From the NCBI RefSeq assembly GCF_964213995.1, contig NC_135803.1, positions 127,658,001 through 127,722,000 of the forward strand: a stretch of DNA of 64,000 nucleotides, written 5' to 3'. Under the pieces are notes generated by a model, which was not told where the DNA came from, searched no databases, and saw only the letters and a program-made list of their open reading frames with translations. Shown in pieces: positions 1 to 13,030 of the stretch. This DNA is from Mustelus asterias (Eukaryota). Numbering within the stretch: position 1 is the first letter of the stretch; each line of letters starts with the position of its first letter. The translations under genes were made by a program, and so were the position numbers.

Positions 1-473
1 TGTACAAGTATTCAAGGAATCTAGTGTTAAGTTGATAGTAGTAGTTTTATTTAATTCATTTACAGTAAAGTTTTTGTTGAAAATGTAATTCTTGTGGCAT
101 AATTATTTCAGTTAATAACTCTGGGTTCAAATTACTTTTTAAAAGTTACTGCTGTCTGCGGAGATTGTAACACACCCAAGAAATGTAGAGCCCTAGTGCA
201 ATCTTTTCTGTGCTGTTCTGGTATCAGAAAACAAACAAAAACCAAGTGATAATGCTGATAAAAAAAGATAGCCATTTTAGATAACACAGGTTTGAAACAG
301 GTTTTAGGTCTTCAACAACATCACAATCCATTGTGGAGCAGTAAATCAGCCTCATAATTAATCAACTGGACAATTTAAATGGGGTGATCATGCCAAACTT
401 GCTAGGTGCAAATCTAAAAAGGGGAGAGGAAAATAAAGGAAACACCAGATAATTTTATGGAACTAAAATTTAC

Positions 474-552
474 CTTTGGGGTGCCAGTAAAGATGAGTAT
501 TACCAACACACAACTTCTTTGATGGATCTTTGAGAGACTGAAGTACACAAAC
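474..552 (-). CDS. PDE12: 2',5'-phosphodiesterase 12, coding exon 2 (gene continues left of the window)
   Basis: tttag|GTTTGT...CCAAAG|gtaaat; 79 nt; translates VCVLQSLKDPSKKLCVGNTHLYWHPK(G), in phase with exon 1; NTHLYW is the EEP/CCR4-family motif. Confidence 0.93.
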
Positions 553-1065
553 CTAAAGAAAAATAGCAGTGTTTATGATCAATAATGTACAGTAAACACT
601 GAATTGCTCAAACAATACAGAAACAGGAATAGGCCATTTAGCCTCTCAAGCCTGTTATGCTATTCAATGAGATCTTGGTGATCAGTAACCTATATCCACC
701 TTTGTTCCACACCCCTCAATATCTTTGGTTAACACAAATCTATCAACCCCAGATTGAAAATTAACAATTAATTTAGCATCAATTGATGTTTGCAAAAGTG
801 TTCCAAACTGTCACCAGGTTTTGCATATGAAAATGTTCCAGAACTTGCAGAATTTTTAGCCTATGTCCCCAGTGCTGGGTAACCAACCAATGCAAACAAT
901 TCCTCAATAATTGCTCTAACAGTTCTCTATAATGTCTTGAAAATGTTGATAAGATTACCCGAAAATCTTCCAAATTCCAATTAATGCAAACCTAGCAATC
1001 TCTCCTGATGATTTAATCCTTGGAATGCAGGTATCATTCTAGTAAATCTTAGCTCTATTCTGTCT

Positions 1066-1356
1066 ATAGAATCCCCCCAGTACAGGAGAAGGCCATTTGG
1101 CCCTCGATCCTGCATCAACAACAATCCCACTCAGGCCCTATCCCCATAACCCTACGTATTTAGTCTACTCATCCCCCTGACACTAAGAATCAACCTAACC
1201 TGCACATCTTTGGAGTCTGGGAGAAAACCAGAACACCCAGAGGAAACCCACACAGACATGAGGAGAATTTACAAACTCCACACAGGCAGTCACTCAAGCC
1301 TGGAATTGAACTCGGGTCCCTGGCACTGTGAGGCAGCAGTGCTAACCACTGTGCCA
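1066..1356 (-). mobile_element. HE1-like tRNA-derived SINE (CR1-type tail)
   Basis: Reverse complement of head TGGCACAGTGGTTAGCACTGCTGCCTCACAG...GAGTTCAATTCC (A/B boxes); same body as the other copies in the window. Confidence 0.85.
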
Positions 1357-1739
1357 GCCTGCCATCCACAAAACTGTGGATGTTCAGTTGTCAAGTATAC
1401 TCATGGCTACGACAGGCAAGGTTTTGGACTCCAGGGGAATTCAGGGATATAGAGGTTGTGGAACTGAGGTTGAAGATCGGTTGTGATCTTATTGAGTCGA
1501 GGAGCAGACTCGAGAGTGTATTTGGCCTGCTCCTGTTGCTTTTGCTCATGTTTTTACTAGCCTTTTTGATATACTTGTTTATTACATTTTAATTACATGG
1601 ACCTCAGGTCTCTTTGCACCACCACTGTTTTTAGCTTTCCACCTTTCTGTAAATATTCTGTTCTAAACTTTTCAGTTCCAAAGTAGATGACTTCACATTT
1701 GCCATCGTTTTGTTCATTCTTAATCTTGAGTATCATTGA

Positions 1740-1940
1740 AAAAAGACTCATGGCGAAGCTTTCTCCATGGTAACACCTCTACCACTCAGAGTCCACTGTC
1801 AACCCAATCAACACTTTCTTCTCAAAGTATAAATTGTTGTTCCCTTTAAATTTGGTATTCTTGCAAATGTCCTGATGAGTGCAAGATGAAAAGCTTTGAC
1901 GTGTTTATTTTCAGCAATACTCAAGTTCTGTACTACCAGA
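1740..1940 (+). mobile_element. Penelope-like pseudo-LTR remnant with degenerate hammerhead core
   Basis: ATGTC-CTGATGA-GTGCAAGAT-GAAA-AGCTTT-GACGT at about 1868-1902. Confidence 0.55.
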
Positions 1941-2629
1941 CGATCATTCTTAATCTACTAAGATCAATTTGTAACTTTGTGCTTCCATTTACACTGTTCA
2001 TAATGATGTCTATCTTTGTGTAATCAGCAAACCTGGACAGGTAACTTTTCTTTCCATCATTTAGGTCATTAATAGAGGAAATAGTTGAGGCACCGATACA
2101 GACCTATGCAAAACACCACGAGTCACATACTGCCAATTAGCATTTTTGACCATTGTCCCAGTTCAAGTCACTTACTGCAGCAAACTTCCTAACCAGGTCA
2201 ACGACTTGCCTTCAATTCTATGAGCTTCAGCATTTGCAAACAGTCCCTTATGAGGGACCTCATCAAATGGCTTCTGGAGGTTGACATAAATAAGATCCAT
2301 AGACATTTCCCTGGCCACTACTTCAATCATTTTTCAAAAAGATTCACTGAGGTTTGTCAGGCACGACTACCATTTACAAATCCTCTCTGATCAAAATTTC
2401 AGGGTGCTCAGTGACTCATTTTGTACCCTCTCTCATGCAATTATAAATGCACTTGATTGTATTTATCATATAGATCCATTATATTAGCATGAACGTTCCT
2501 TCCGTAGCATTGTGATGATAAAGTGGAACTCACCACTGCAAAATCTATTTAAAATTTTCATAATACTGCACTTATTTTACAACAGCTATCTGTTCAATTT
2601 TATTAATACGAAATTTCCACTATGCTGCA

Positions 2630-3404
2630 ATATTAGCCTCCCATCCATTGACTCTGTCTACACTTCCCGATACCTCAGAAAAGCAGCCAGCATAATCAAG
2701 GACCCCACGCACCTCGGACATACTCTCTTCTGCCTTCTACTGTTAAGAAAAAGCTACATAAGTCTGAGAGCACGTACCAACTGACTCAAGAACAGCTTCT
2801 TCCCTGCTGCCATAAATCTTTTGAATGGACCTACCTTATATTAAGTTGATCTTTCTCTACACCCTGTGACTACAGCAATTATATTCTGCATCCTCTCGTT
2901 TCTTTCTCCCCTATATACACGATGAGCGGTATGCTGTATAGTGAGCCAGAAACAAGATTTCCACTGTATCCCAATACATACCACACTCCGGCCCCCATTC
3001 GGGTACACTGAGGGAGAATTTAGCATGGCCAATGCACCGAAACAGCACATCTTTCAGACTGTGGGAGGAAACCAGAGTACCCGGAGGAAATCCACGCAGA
3101 TATGGGGAGAATGTGCAGAGACAAGTGACGCAAGCTGGGAATTGAATCCGGGTCCCTAGCACTGTGACACAGCAGTGCTAACCACTGTGACACCTCTATA
3201 GGTATAGGGCCTGGGTGGAATTGTTGTCAGTGCAGAATTGATGGGTCAAATGGCCTCCTTCTGCACTGTAGAGATTCTATGAGACTGGTTTATGACTAAC
3301 ACTACATTCTGCACTCTCCTCTATGAACGGTATGCTTTGTATAGCATGCAAGAAACAATAATTTTCACTGTATGCTAATACATGTGACAATAAAATCAAT
3401 CAAA
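2630..3404 (+). mobile_element. 3' fragment(s) of a non-LTR retrotransposon (Rex1/Babar-like) with nested SINE pieces (2981-3283)
   Basis: ORF remnant LPSIDSVYTSRYLRKAASIIKDPTH; tail ends ...ATGTGACAATAAAATCAATCAAA; related copies at 7550-7735 and 40791-41288. Confidence 0.65.
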
Positions 3405-3469
3405 TATACCTCAAAAATTGAAATCTCTAAAAGCCATTGAGCCAATGGGATGAAAATTGTTTAAAATAC

Positions 3470-4690
3470 CTGGAAAGTGGTTGATCTTTGCAGCACCTTT
3501 TCTTTGACACAGGGGTTGGCAGAAACCTTCTCCAGGAGCTCCTGGTGCAAGGGGTCTGAGGCTAAAGCCTGGCTAAAGGTCACATCGTGCTGACTGATCA
3601 GCCCGAACTTGGAGGCTCTGAAGAAAGTTGCCAGACCTTCGTGTTGCTTCTCCTTCATCCGAAACATCCCGCGAAAGCCGAAAGCGTCCAGGGCGGGCCC
3701 CAGGCTGTCGGTGAACGCACTCTTATCCACCTCCTGCAGGCAGATGATGTCGGCGTTGTAGCCGCTCAGCTCCTTCTGGATCAGCTTCTGCCGGTAGTGG
3801 GCCTCGAGTGCGTAGGGCGGGCAGTAGGGGTACAGGGTGTTGCGGGAGAGCTCGGTCTGGGCGTACACATCGGCCAGGATGTTGTAGGAAACCAGCCGGA
3901 GCAGCGGCTCCTCGAGGGCCTGGCCGCTGAACCGCTGGCGGCTGTCGAAGCTGCAGGCGCCGGGCCCGGCCTCCACCGGCCCGCCGCTCTCCACCTCCAC
4001 CGCGGCCCCGAAGCGCCGCCCGTCGCCCGGCTGGCACCTCAGCTTGAGCCTCAGGCCGATGTGGCCGTTGCTCGGGGTGAAGACTCGGCCCTCGGCCACC
4101 GGCTGCCAGTCGCCGCCGCCGCCGCCCGCCTCCCTCAGCCACTCGAAGCGCGAGTGCGAGGCGTCGCCGAACTCCAGCTCCACCCGCGGGCAGAGCGGGA
4201 AGCCGGCCAGGATGGAGCCGGGCAGCCGGAGCTGGGTCAGGGTGGGCGGGTTGCGCTCCACCCGGTAGCGGGCCTCCCCCACCTGCAGGACGGCTCCGTC
4301 CTGCCAGGCCTCGGCGTTAGTGGTGTCCCCGGGCACCGGCTCGTCTCCCTGGTACAGGACGACGGGCGGGGCCGAGGCCTGGGCCTGAGCCGGGGACTCG
4401 GGCTGGGCCGCCCTCCGGCCTTTCCCGACCTTGGCCTGGGCTTTCAGCAGGTTGTGGGCGATGCGGCCCAGCGCCGTCCGCAGGCTCTCGCTCTGCTCCC
4501 GCTGCAGGTGCCGCTGGCTGGGCCCCAGCTGCAGCGAGATGGTCAGCTTGGACTCGGTGGGGACGCAGCGGACAACCGCCGTCTGCATGGCCGCCGGTCC
4601 CGGCACGGGGCCCGAGGAGAAGCGGGCGGCCAGCCGCTGGAGGCCGGCTGAGGGCAGCGGGCGAGCGGCGCTACTGACCAGGCCGCACAT
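3470..4690 (-). CDS. PDE12: 2',5'-phosphodiesterase 12 (mitochondrial deadenylase), large coding exon 1
   Basis: ORF 3461..4690: Arg/Ser/Ala-rich presequence, AVVRCVP, SYNILAD, YPYCPPYALE, GYNADIICLQEVD, HEGLATFFR; ends at donor CAG|gtattt (3469); lies in a CpG island. Confidence 0.96.
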
Positions 4691-5148
4691 AGACCCGGCT
4701 CAGCGGCACATTCCCTCAGCGCGGACCCGGATCCCGTGGGTCAGCCGGGGTTTGAGGGGCTGAATGGCCTTACTGCTGCTTCAGATGTGTGCGCGCTAAA
4801 CCCCGGGAAGGTGCTGCTGGCTGCCCCGGCCTGGAGTTTGCTCCAAAATGATTCAGCAGCTGTATTATCCGGTGTATGTATATCCAGAATGCCGCTTCAC
4901 TCAGGCTGTGTACCAAACTAACACTGTAGCATTCCACCACACACATCTGTACCAGCAGTAAGACCATTCAGCCCCTCAAACCTGCTCCACCGTTCAATAC
5001 AATCTCATCTCAGCTTCAACACTATCCTGCCCCTTCCCCATAGCCCTTCACTAATTAAAAGTCTTGTCTCTCTCCACCTTAAATTTACTCACCAACCCTT
5101 TGCTAATTAAAAATCTGTCTCTCTCCTTGTCAAATTTATTCAAGTCCC

Positions 5149-5415
5149 AGCACAGTGGTTAGCACTGCTGCCTCACAGCGTCAGGGACCTGGGTTCGATT
5201 CCCGGCTTGAGTCACTGTGCGGAGTTTGCACATTCTCCCCGTGTCTGCATGGGTTTCCTCCCATAGTCCGAAAGACATGTTGGTTAGGTGCATTGATCAT
5301 GCTAAATTCTCCCTCAGTGTACCTGAACAGGCACTGGAGCATGGCTTCTAGAGGATTTTCACAGTAACTTTATTGCAGTGTTAATGTAAGCCTACTTGTG
5401 ACATTAATAAACTTT
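5149..5415 (+). mobile_element. HE1-like SINE (alternative tail ...GTAAGCCTACTTGTGAC..AATAAA)
   Basis: tRNA-like head CACAGTGGTTAGCACTGCTGCCTCACAGCG...GGGTTCGATTCCCGG. Confidence 0.85.
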
Positions 5416-5419
5416 GAAA

Positions 5420-6185
5420 ACTTCAAACATTCACCACATCCACAGATTCACCACCCTTTGACAGAAATAATTTCTCCTCGAGTCTGTTTTAAATCTGCAG
5501 CCCTTAACCTAAAACTACCACTTCTTGTTCTGGATTGCCACACAAGAGGAAGCATCCGCTCTACATCTACTTTGTCAATACCTTTATTATCTTATATACC
5601 TCAATTAGATTTCCTCATTCTTCTAAACTCTGGAGTGTATAGGTCTAAACTGCTCAATCTTTCTTCAGAAGACAAACCCCTCATCTCTGGAATCAATCGG
5701 GTGAACTTCCTCTGAACTGCCTCTAATGCCACTTCATCCTTCCTCAAATAAGGGGACCAAAACCGTAGACAGTACTCCAAATGCAATGCCTTATATAGTT
5801 GCAGCAACACTTCCTTACTTATATACTGTATTCCTTTAGCTAATAATGCCAAAAATCCATTTATTACCTGGATACCTGCATACCAGTTTTCTATGACTCA
5901 TGCACAAGGACACCCAAATCCCTTTGCATCAAAGCACCCCAACGTGTCTCTCTGTTTGGATAATAAGTTGCCTTTCCATTTTTCTGACCAAAATGGATAA
6001 CCTCTCACTTATCCACGTTAAACTCTATCTGCCATGTTTTGGCCTCCTCACCTAACCTATCCATTTGTAAGTTTCTTACTTCCTCATTGCAACTTACTAT
6101 CCCACCTATTTTAGTGTCATCTGCAAATTTAGCTATAGTACCTTCCATCTCTGATTCTAAGTAATTAATATAGATTGTATATATT
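5420..6185 (-). mobile_element. CR1 LINE 3' fragment
   Basis: ORF 5601..5852 LYKALHLEYCLRFWSPYLRKDEVALEAVQRKFTRLIP, typical CR1 ORF2 C-terminus. Confidence 0.85.
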
Positions 6186-6442
6186 TTTAAATGTCACAAT
6201 TTATTGGGTTATATCACTTCCACATTTTGCCCATCATTTTATCCTGACTACTAACTTGTCCTTTCAAATTTTTTTATGATGGTCAATACATGATGGGATC
6301 CATTGGGTGATGTACAACAGATCTGTGCATGTTTGAAAGATTGCTTATTACATGGGGTGGCTGGTGGAAGGGAGTTGTTCTTTCCTCTCCAGTGACCTCA
6401 GCCGAAGAAGTCTGATGAGTGCCTTCAACCTCCTCAACCACT

Positions 6443-6706
6443 GGCAGCATGGTGACACAGTGGTTAGCACTGCTGCCTCACAGCACCAGGGACCCAGGTT
6501 CGATTCCCAGCTTGGGTCACTGTCTGTGTGAGTTTCCTCAGAGTGCTCCGGTTCCCTCCCACAGTCCAAAGATGTGCGGGTTAGGTTGATTGGCTATGCT
6601 AAATTGACCCTAGTGTCAGGTGGTTAGAAGGGTAAATAAGTAGGGTTATGGGGATTGTGGTTGGTGCAGACTTGATGGGCCAAATGGCCTCCTTAGGATT
6701 CTACAA
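6443..6706 (+). mobile_element. HE1-like SINE
   Basis: tRNA-like head plus tail GGGCCAAATGGCCTCCTT...GATTCTA. Confidence 0.85.
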
Positions 6707-6984
6707 TTCTTATCTATGATAATATACACTGCTAAGCAATGTTGTAATGAACACATTATTCCAGAGATCCTCGCTGGTGAGTGTCCAAGGAAACCTTTAG
6801 ACATAACTGGATAGCCAAAACCCATCCTCAACACACCCATAGCTTGTTCTAGGACACGTCTTGTTGTTCATGTTGCTTTCATAGTGAACTTGCATTTCAC
6901 TGGTGGGATTCCTCACAGGTGTCATGAGCCAAGCTATTCCATGCCCCTTATGAGCTAACTCGTGTCTAATTTGGCAACAAAAGC

Positions 6985-7184
6985 NNNNNNNNNNNNNNNN
7001 NNNNNNNNNNNNNNNNNNNNNNNNNNNNNNNNNNNNNNNNNNNNNNNNNNNNNNNNNNNNNNNNNNNNNNNNNNNNNNNNNNNNNNNNNNNNNNNNNNNN
7101 NNNNNNNNNNNNNNNNNNNNNNNNNNNNNNNNNNNNNNNNNNNNNNNNNNNNNNNNNNNNNNNNNNNNNNNNNNNNNNNNNNNN
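6985..7184. other. Assembly gap (200 N)
   Basis: Run of exactly 200 N; the round size suggests a scaffolding join of unknown true length. Confidence 0.99.
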
Positions 7185-10100
7185 GGACAAAGCAATTAAA
7201 CTGTGGTTTTAGTGCCAGTTACAGACAAAATAAACCCAACTGATAGATCATTAACCTAAAAAGTATAAAACCAAACACTTTTTATGAAAGTCTGTTTTAA
7301 ATCTCCCACTTCTTTGTGAACATAATCTTAAATTTAAATACTGTAATTTTGACAACATTCAAACACTCATAACATCAGGTACCATAATCACAAACATTCC
7401 AGCCTTATTTACATAGCTAGTTTTTGCAATGTGGCCTCTATTAGAAAAGCAGCATTCATAATTTGATTGTTAGCACAAATAGGAGTACTCTATTGCAAAA
7501 ACAACGGAGAAAACAATGAATAAATGCAAATCAACATAGCTGTTCACATAGACTTTTGAATGGACTTGCCTCGCATTAAGTTGATCTTTCTCTGCACCCT
7601 AGCTATGACTGTGACACTACATTCTGCATTCTCTCGTTTCCTTCTCTATGAATGGTATGTTTTGTCTGTATAGCGTGCAAGAAACAAGACTGTTCACTGT
7701 ATGCTAATACATGTGACGATAATAAATCAAATCAAAAAGGTAGAAAAGATACTGATCAAGATGCTTGCATTTTTGTTCATAGCAACAAAAGGGACTACAA
7801 AGGGTTAAACTGTTTTTGGTTCTGTTAAAAAAAATACAGTGTGAAACAGAAAGAAGGAAACATATTTAGGGAGATGGTACAAGAAAGTTTGATAGTCTGT
7901 TCATTCAGCCATGTCTTCCTGCAACCATTTCAATCTCCGATATTTTCTGTGGGCTTTCGATTTATTTATTTTCTGCAAAGCAGTGAACACACTCTCACAT
8001 AGGCAACGCAGCAGCTATGCAGTAATGTTGCAGTGGTTACTTTCCCATAAGTTATCACAAACGAGGAAACTGCGAACGGCAAACATACTTTATAATGGGT
8101 GTGAATTAGATAGTTTCCAGCCATCGCAAAATTACTTGGCTGTTGTACATCCGAGCTTTGCTCTTCAAGATATGAAAATCTCTCCAACTCTTTTCCTATC
8201 TCTCCTGAGCAGTGACAACCCTCAAAATCACACCCCAAACAGAAAAGAAGTTCTTGAATGCAGTCATCATAAACAAAAACTCCCATTACCACAGCAGGCA
8301 ATCAGAGTCTTAACTTTACCCAGCATATAATTGTTCTGCAAGTGCCAGCATGATGCTTAACAGCTTGGCTTTGAGCTTATTCACTCTTCACAAAGAAGCT
8401 TGATGCACCTTTAACCTTGCACCCAAACATATATATATTTCTGTTTCAACAAATTAAAACCTGCAAAGCATTAATCTATGAAGAAGCTCACCAGTTGACT
8501 GGCAACCCACCTCCCCCAATCTATACTGTGTTTTCAAATTCAATCGGAAGTCAAACATTCACTCTCGTGCTCTTACCTTCATTTGTAATCCCTTGAAGAT
8601 TATAAGCACATACTTTAAAATGAAACTCAATAGAAATCTTTCCTATTTCGGGACCAATACCTTGAATGGATGAAGATTTGGGCCACGGTGGGCGATTGGG
8701 TGTACAAACACTTTTGTATGGGGAAACCAATTTGCGGTTGTCATAGAGGTTTACAGCATGGAAACAGGCTCTTTGGCCCAACTTGTCCATGCTGCCCTTT
8801 TTTTTGTAAAACCCCTAAGCTAATCCCAATTGCCCGCATTTGGCCCATATCCCTCTATACCCATCGTACCCATGTAACTATCTAAATGCTTTTTAAAAAA
8901 TAAAATTGTACCCACCTCTACTACTACCTCTGGCAGCTTGTCCCAGACACTCACCACCTTCTGTGAAAAAATTGCCCCTCTGGACACTTTTGTATCTCTC
9001 GCCTCTCACCTTAAACCTATGCCCTCAAGTTTTAGACTCCCCCACCTTTGTAAATGCTGGAAATTTACGATATCATATTTAAAAGCTCTAGCCTGTCAGT
9101 TTAACTGATTAATGATTCCCCAACAAGGGTAACCTTGTCGACCCAGGCAAATTCTTGACAGCTCAAGAAGTATTGGCTTTTAAAGTCATAATTCTGGGTT
9201 AAGGGTTCAATTAATTGGTTAATTAATTACTTAAATTCCTGACCCAACATCTTTAGAGTGATTTCCTGTTTGCCTTGGAGCATGCCCTGGTACAAAAAGG
9301 CCTTGGGAGTTTAAGGTAAAACAAAATATTCTTCCCATCAAAATAATTCTGTTAGATCTGCATTTGCTGTTTTAATTTATTGAAGTTTGTGTGATAAGAT
9401 GAGGTTCCAACATTTTATTTTTATTATTTCCATTCTGCATTTACTTATGATGTGACCACATTCAAACATTTCTAGAGATGAAGTAGCAAATAGGAACAAC
9501 ATAAAACTGGAAAATTTGGTTTTTAATACTTCCAATATCAAAATGAATGATGTAAAACCACAAACATTGCAAAATTCTTTCTGGACCCTTTAGAGATTTA
9601 CAATTTGAAGTAGTTCAACAAAGCACACTCCAGAAATGTTACTTTTCTTCTCTAACTTTCTTTTTTTTTATTGAAAAGAGCTATAGGTAATTTTACAAAA
9701 CAGTTACAGAACAAATCAAGTAACCGTAAAGGTGTATTGCATTTTATTTTTACACAAACTTATTTTTAAGAAAATACATAGTTAAGAAGTTAAGCTTTCT
9801 ATTAAAAATGTTCCTCATTTGAACAATCATCATGGTTGCAAGGATTCAGACATGGAGTTCTGGGAAAGATGGGTACAAATGTGGAAGGCAACAACACATT
9901 CAGTGACTTTGGAAGGGAAAGGGAGGCTGGAGATGGTGTGATAATTTGCAGGATCCGAGAGGGATGGTGGTAACAGATTTGATGGAGGGATGGAACCTGT
10001 GGAGAGTCAACTGTTTAAAAAGTCCCAGCTAACATGGGAGCCAGGAAGGGGGTTGTGTGTGTGATTTTGTTCTTGGGTTCTAATTGTACAGTTGGCAGGA

Positions 10101-10971
10101 CCACTAAAGATGATGAGTGATTATTAATAGTACTTGGACTAGGTTTCCTGAAAGTTGATGCCTACTGTGAGAACTGAATATTTCTTTGCAGATGGTGATT
10201 GAAAATGTTTTATCAAGCAGGCTCACTTGAAGCTTCTATATTTTGTTTTTTAAAAATGGCTCGTTTCTATGAGTAGTGCAAAGCAATGGGGCTCAATGCA
10301 GAGTTTATTCCTCATTTGTGCTAAGTTAGCTTTCTTTGTCTTAGTGCTTGGGTTACAGAGGAAGGAAATACTCAGGTTTTCTGCCTCTGACTACTAAGGA
10401 GTGAATTGGTAGAAAAAACATACACAGCCTGTTCTGCTCAGATCCCTCTAGAACTACATCTTCCTCCAGACATAAACAAGGTATTTCCAATTGGGAGACC
10501 TTTTGGTGCCTGTGGTGGTGCTCGAGTAAGATGCCACAACTGCTGACACAAGGCTCATCATGAACGTCTTAACAGGAAAAATAATTTAAAATGGCTAAAA
10601 TATACTGATCTCAACATATGCTGCCTTTCTCATGAGCTTTTGAATACTACCAGCAATCTAGCACCCACTTCAAAAGGATATTCTTTACATTAGGTACCCT
10701 ACATGCCAGAACTATAGGAAGTGATGTACTGGACCAACCTGCTGCCAGCGTAATATTAAATAAAGTTCCTGCTTGTTTAAGATGGATGCTCCTATTAGCA
10801 ATGGATTAACCCACTAGAAAATGTGTCATGGCTCAAACCTGGCACATTTTGATGAGCTGGAAAGTGCAGTTATTCTCATCCAGCTGCTGAAACATTGCCC
10901 GATTTTTCATGTAATATGGTGGGGAAAATGCAGGCTAAAGAACTTGCGATTTTGGGCAGTCTTGGTGGTAA

Positions 10972-11196
10972 TTACTCTGCATAATGATGCTCTTCCATCT
11001 TAGGACTGTAAACAATGCCTTTGGATTCATTGTACTCTTCCATCCTTTTTAAGTGGATCAGCATATGCCCTGCATAAGCAAGAACTAGCACAAGTATGAG
11101 AGAAGTTACAAGGCCCATCAAGACAGCTGGTGTGAAGAATGAGACACAGTCTCTGGCAGAGGCAAACTGTCCGGCTTTAATATTAAAGCCTTGAAT
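10972..11196 (-). CDS. ATP6AP1L: V-ATPase accessory subunit S1 (Ac45)-like protein, exon 10 (TM helix and cytosolic tail, stop)
   Basis: ctgcag|ATTCAA; IQGFNIKAGQFASARDCVSFFTPAVLMGLVTSLILVLVLAYAGHMLIHLK...AE*. Full model (minus): 27373-27273, 24735-24600, 23753-23691, 22754-22561, 21070-21030, 18719-18637, 17806-17565, 16140-16090, 14727-14484, 11196-10972 = 1380 nt, 459 aa, all GT-AG and phase-consistent. Family is certain, paralogue name less so. Confidence 0.9.
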   Translation of the reverse strand: MQGFNIKAGQFASARDCVSFFTPAVLMGLVTSLILVLVLAYAGHMLIHLKRMEEYNESKGIVYSPKMEEHHYAE

Positions 11197-11680
11197 CTGC
11201 AGAGATACCAAAAAGCAAAAATTATCTTTCTGCCACTATATTCACTATAAAACCTTGAATCTATTTTAAGCTATTATTTTATTAATCAAATGTAATTAGT
11301 ACTAAGAATAAAATAAGCTATTTATATCAAATGTAATTAATACTAGTAGTAAGAATAAAATATAAAACTGTATACAAAGCTTTCTCCTCAATGTAATGTA
11401 TAGCATAATACTACAGTCCTAGTGTATTGAAGGCCCCAATTCATCTATGTGTCCAGACACACCAAATACATCTATATACAAACATATCCCAGAGCAGTAA
11501 GACAAAGTTCTGAAAAAGACCTAGATTTGAAAGCAAATTGTTTATTGGCATTTGTACACAGGCTTGTACACTGCAACGCATGTGCCTTCATGTCATTCAT
11601 GCATATCTCACTAGGTGGAGTAAAATGGCTGCATTGACAGAACTATAAAGATGTGCATCATTGAATCAACTTTAAGATAA

Positions 11681-11842
11681 AGGCAAAGTACTGTGGATGC
11701 TGGAATCTGAAACAAAAACAGAAAATGCTGGAAAATCTCAGCAGGTCTGACCCTTCATCAGGACTCGAAACATTAGCTCTACTCTCTCTCCACAGATGCT
11801 GTCAGACCTGCTGAGACTTTCCAGCATTTTCTGTATTTGTTA
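11681..11842. mobile_element. Short inverted (fold-back) Penelope pseudo-LTR remnant
   Basis: ACAGAAAATGCTGGAAAATCTCAGCAGGTCTGAC and its reverse complement GTCAGACCTGCTGAGACTTTCCAGCATTTTCTGT flank a broken hammerhead (GGACTCGAAAC). Confidence 0.7.
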
Positions 11843-11904
11843 CTGAACTAACTCTGCTGACTGAGCAGAATACAACTTGAATGGATGGGGAAAATATATT
11901 TGTT

Positions 11905-13030
11905 ACCTTTTAGCTATGTTCTTTTGGACCTGGACAGCTCAATCAGTAGCAGTGCTGCCGAGCCACTCTTGATGGGCATTGAAGTCCCCCCCTCACCCAG
12001 ATCACATTGTGTACCTAGTCACTCTCATTGCTTCTTCCTATTGGTGTTCAACATGTAAGAGTAATGATTCATCAGGTGATGATGGGGGGGGAGGTGGTGG
12101 GGGGGGGGGGGGGGGGAGATGGTACATGGTAATCAACAGGAGCTTTCCTTGTCCATGTTTTGACTTGATGCTATGAGACTTCATGGGGTCCAGAGTTGAT
12201 AACGAAGACTCCCAAGGCAACTCCCTCTCAATTGTATATCACTGTGCTGCTGCTGCTGCCTCTGATGGTTCTGTCCTGCTGGTGGGACAGGACAGAACCC
12301 ATGGATGATGATGCTGATGTCTGGGACAGTGTGTTAGGCTATTGCTTGACTAGTCGGTTGGTTAGCTCTCCCGAATTTGACACAAGCCACCAGATGTTAG
12401 TAAGGACATCCTGGGGATTACCATTGACCAGATACTGAACTGGACTAGCCATATAAATACTGTGGCTACAACAGCAGGTCAGAGGCTAGAAATCTTGTGG
12501 TGAGCGACTCGCCACCTAACTCCCCAAAACCTGTCCACCATCTACAAGGCGCAAGTTAGGAGTGTGATGGAAAACTCTCCCCTTGTCTGGGTGAGTGCAG
12601 CTCCAACAACACTCAAGAAGTTCAACACCATCCAAGACAAACAAGTCCACTTGATTGGCATCCTCTCCACTATCACTTCCTCCATCACTGATGCAGTGGC
12701 AACAGTGTACACCATCTACAAGATGCAATACAGGAACTCACCAAGGCTCCTCAAGCACCTTCCAAACCCACGAGCACTACCATTTAGAACACTGCCACCT
12801 GGAAGTTCCCCTCTAAGCCACACGTCATCCTGACTTGGAAATATATCGCCGTTCCTTCACAGTTGCTGAGTCAAAACCCTGGAACTCCCTCCCTAACGGC
12901 ACTGAGTGTACCCACACTACACGGACTGCTGCAATTCTAGAATGTAGCTCACACCACCTTCAAGTACAATTAAGAATGACAATGAACGCTGATCTAGGCA
13001 GCAATGTCCACATCCCATGAATGAATTTTT
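11905..13030. mobile_element. CR1/L2-group LINE remnant, 5' part inverted relative to 3' part
   Basis: Plus-strand YKAQVRSVMENSPLVWVSAAPTTLKKFNTIQDK (RT C-terminal region) from about 12410; upstream segment reads on minus; related copies at about 30230-31090 and 39270-40080. Confidence 0.6.

Noticed and set aside
3587-4651. 354-aa plus-strand ORF (and 139-aa shifted ORF) overlapping PDE12 exon 1
   Set aside because: Shadow of a very GC-rich coding exon; no recognisable domain and a non-ATG start.
6797-7243. ORFs containing long X runs
   Set aside because: Artefacts of the 200-N gap.
11979-12220. Poly-Gly / poly-Pro ORFs
   Set aside because: Produced by a G-run inside a decayed LINE; homopolymer length may also be unreliable.
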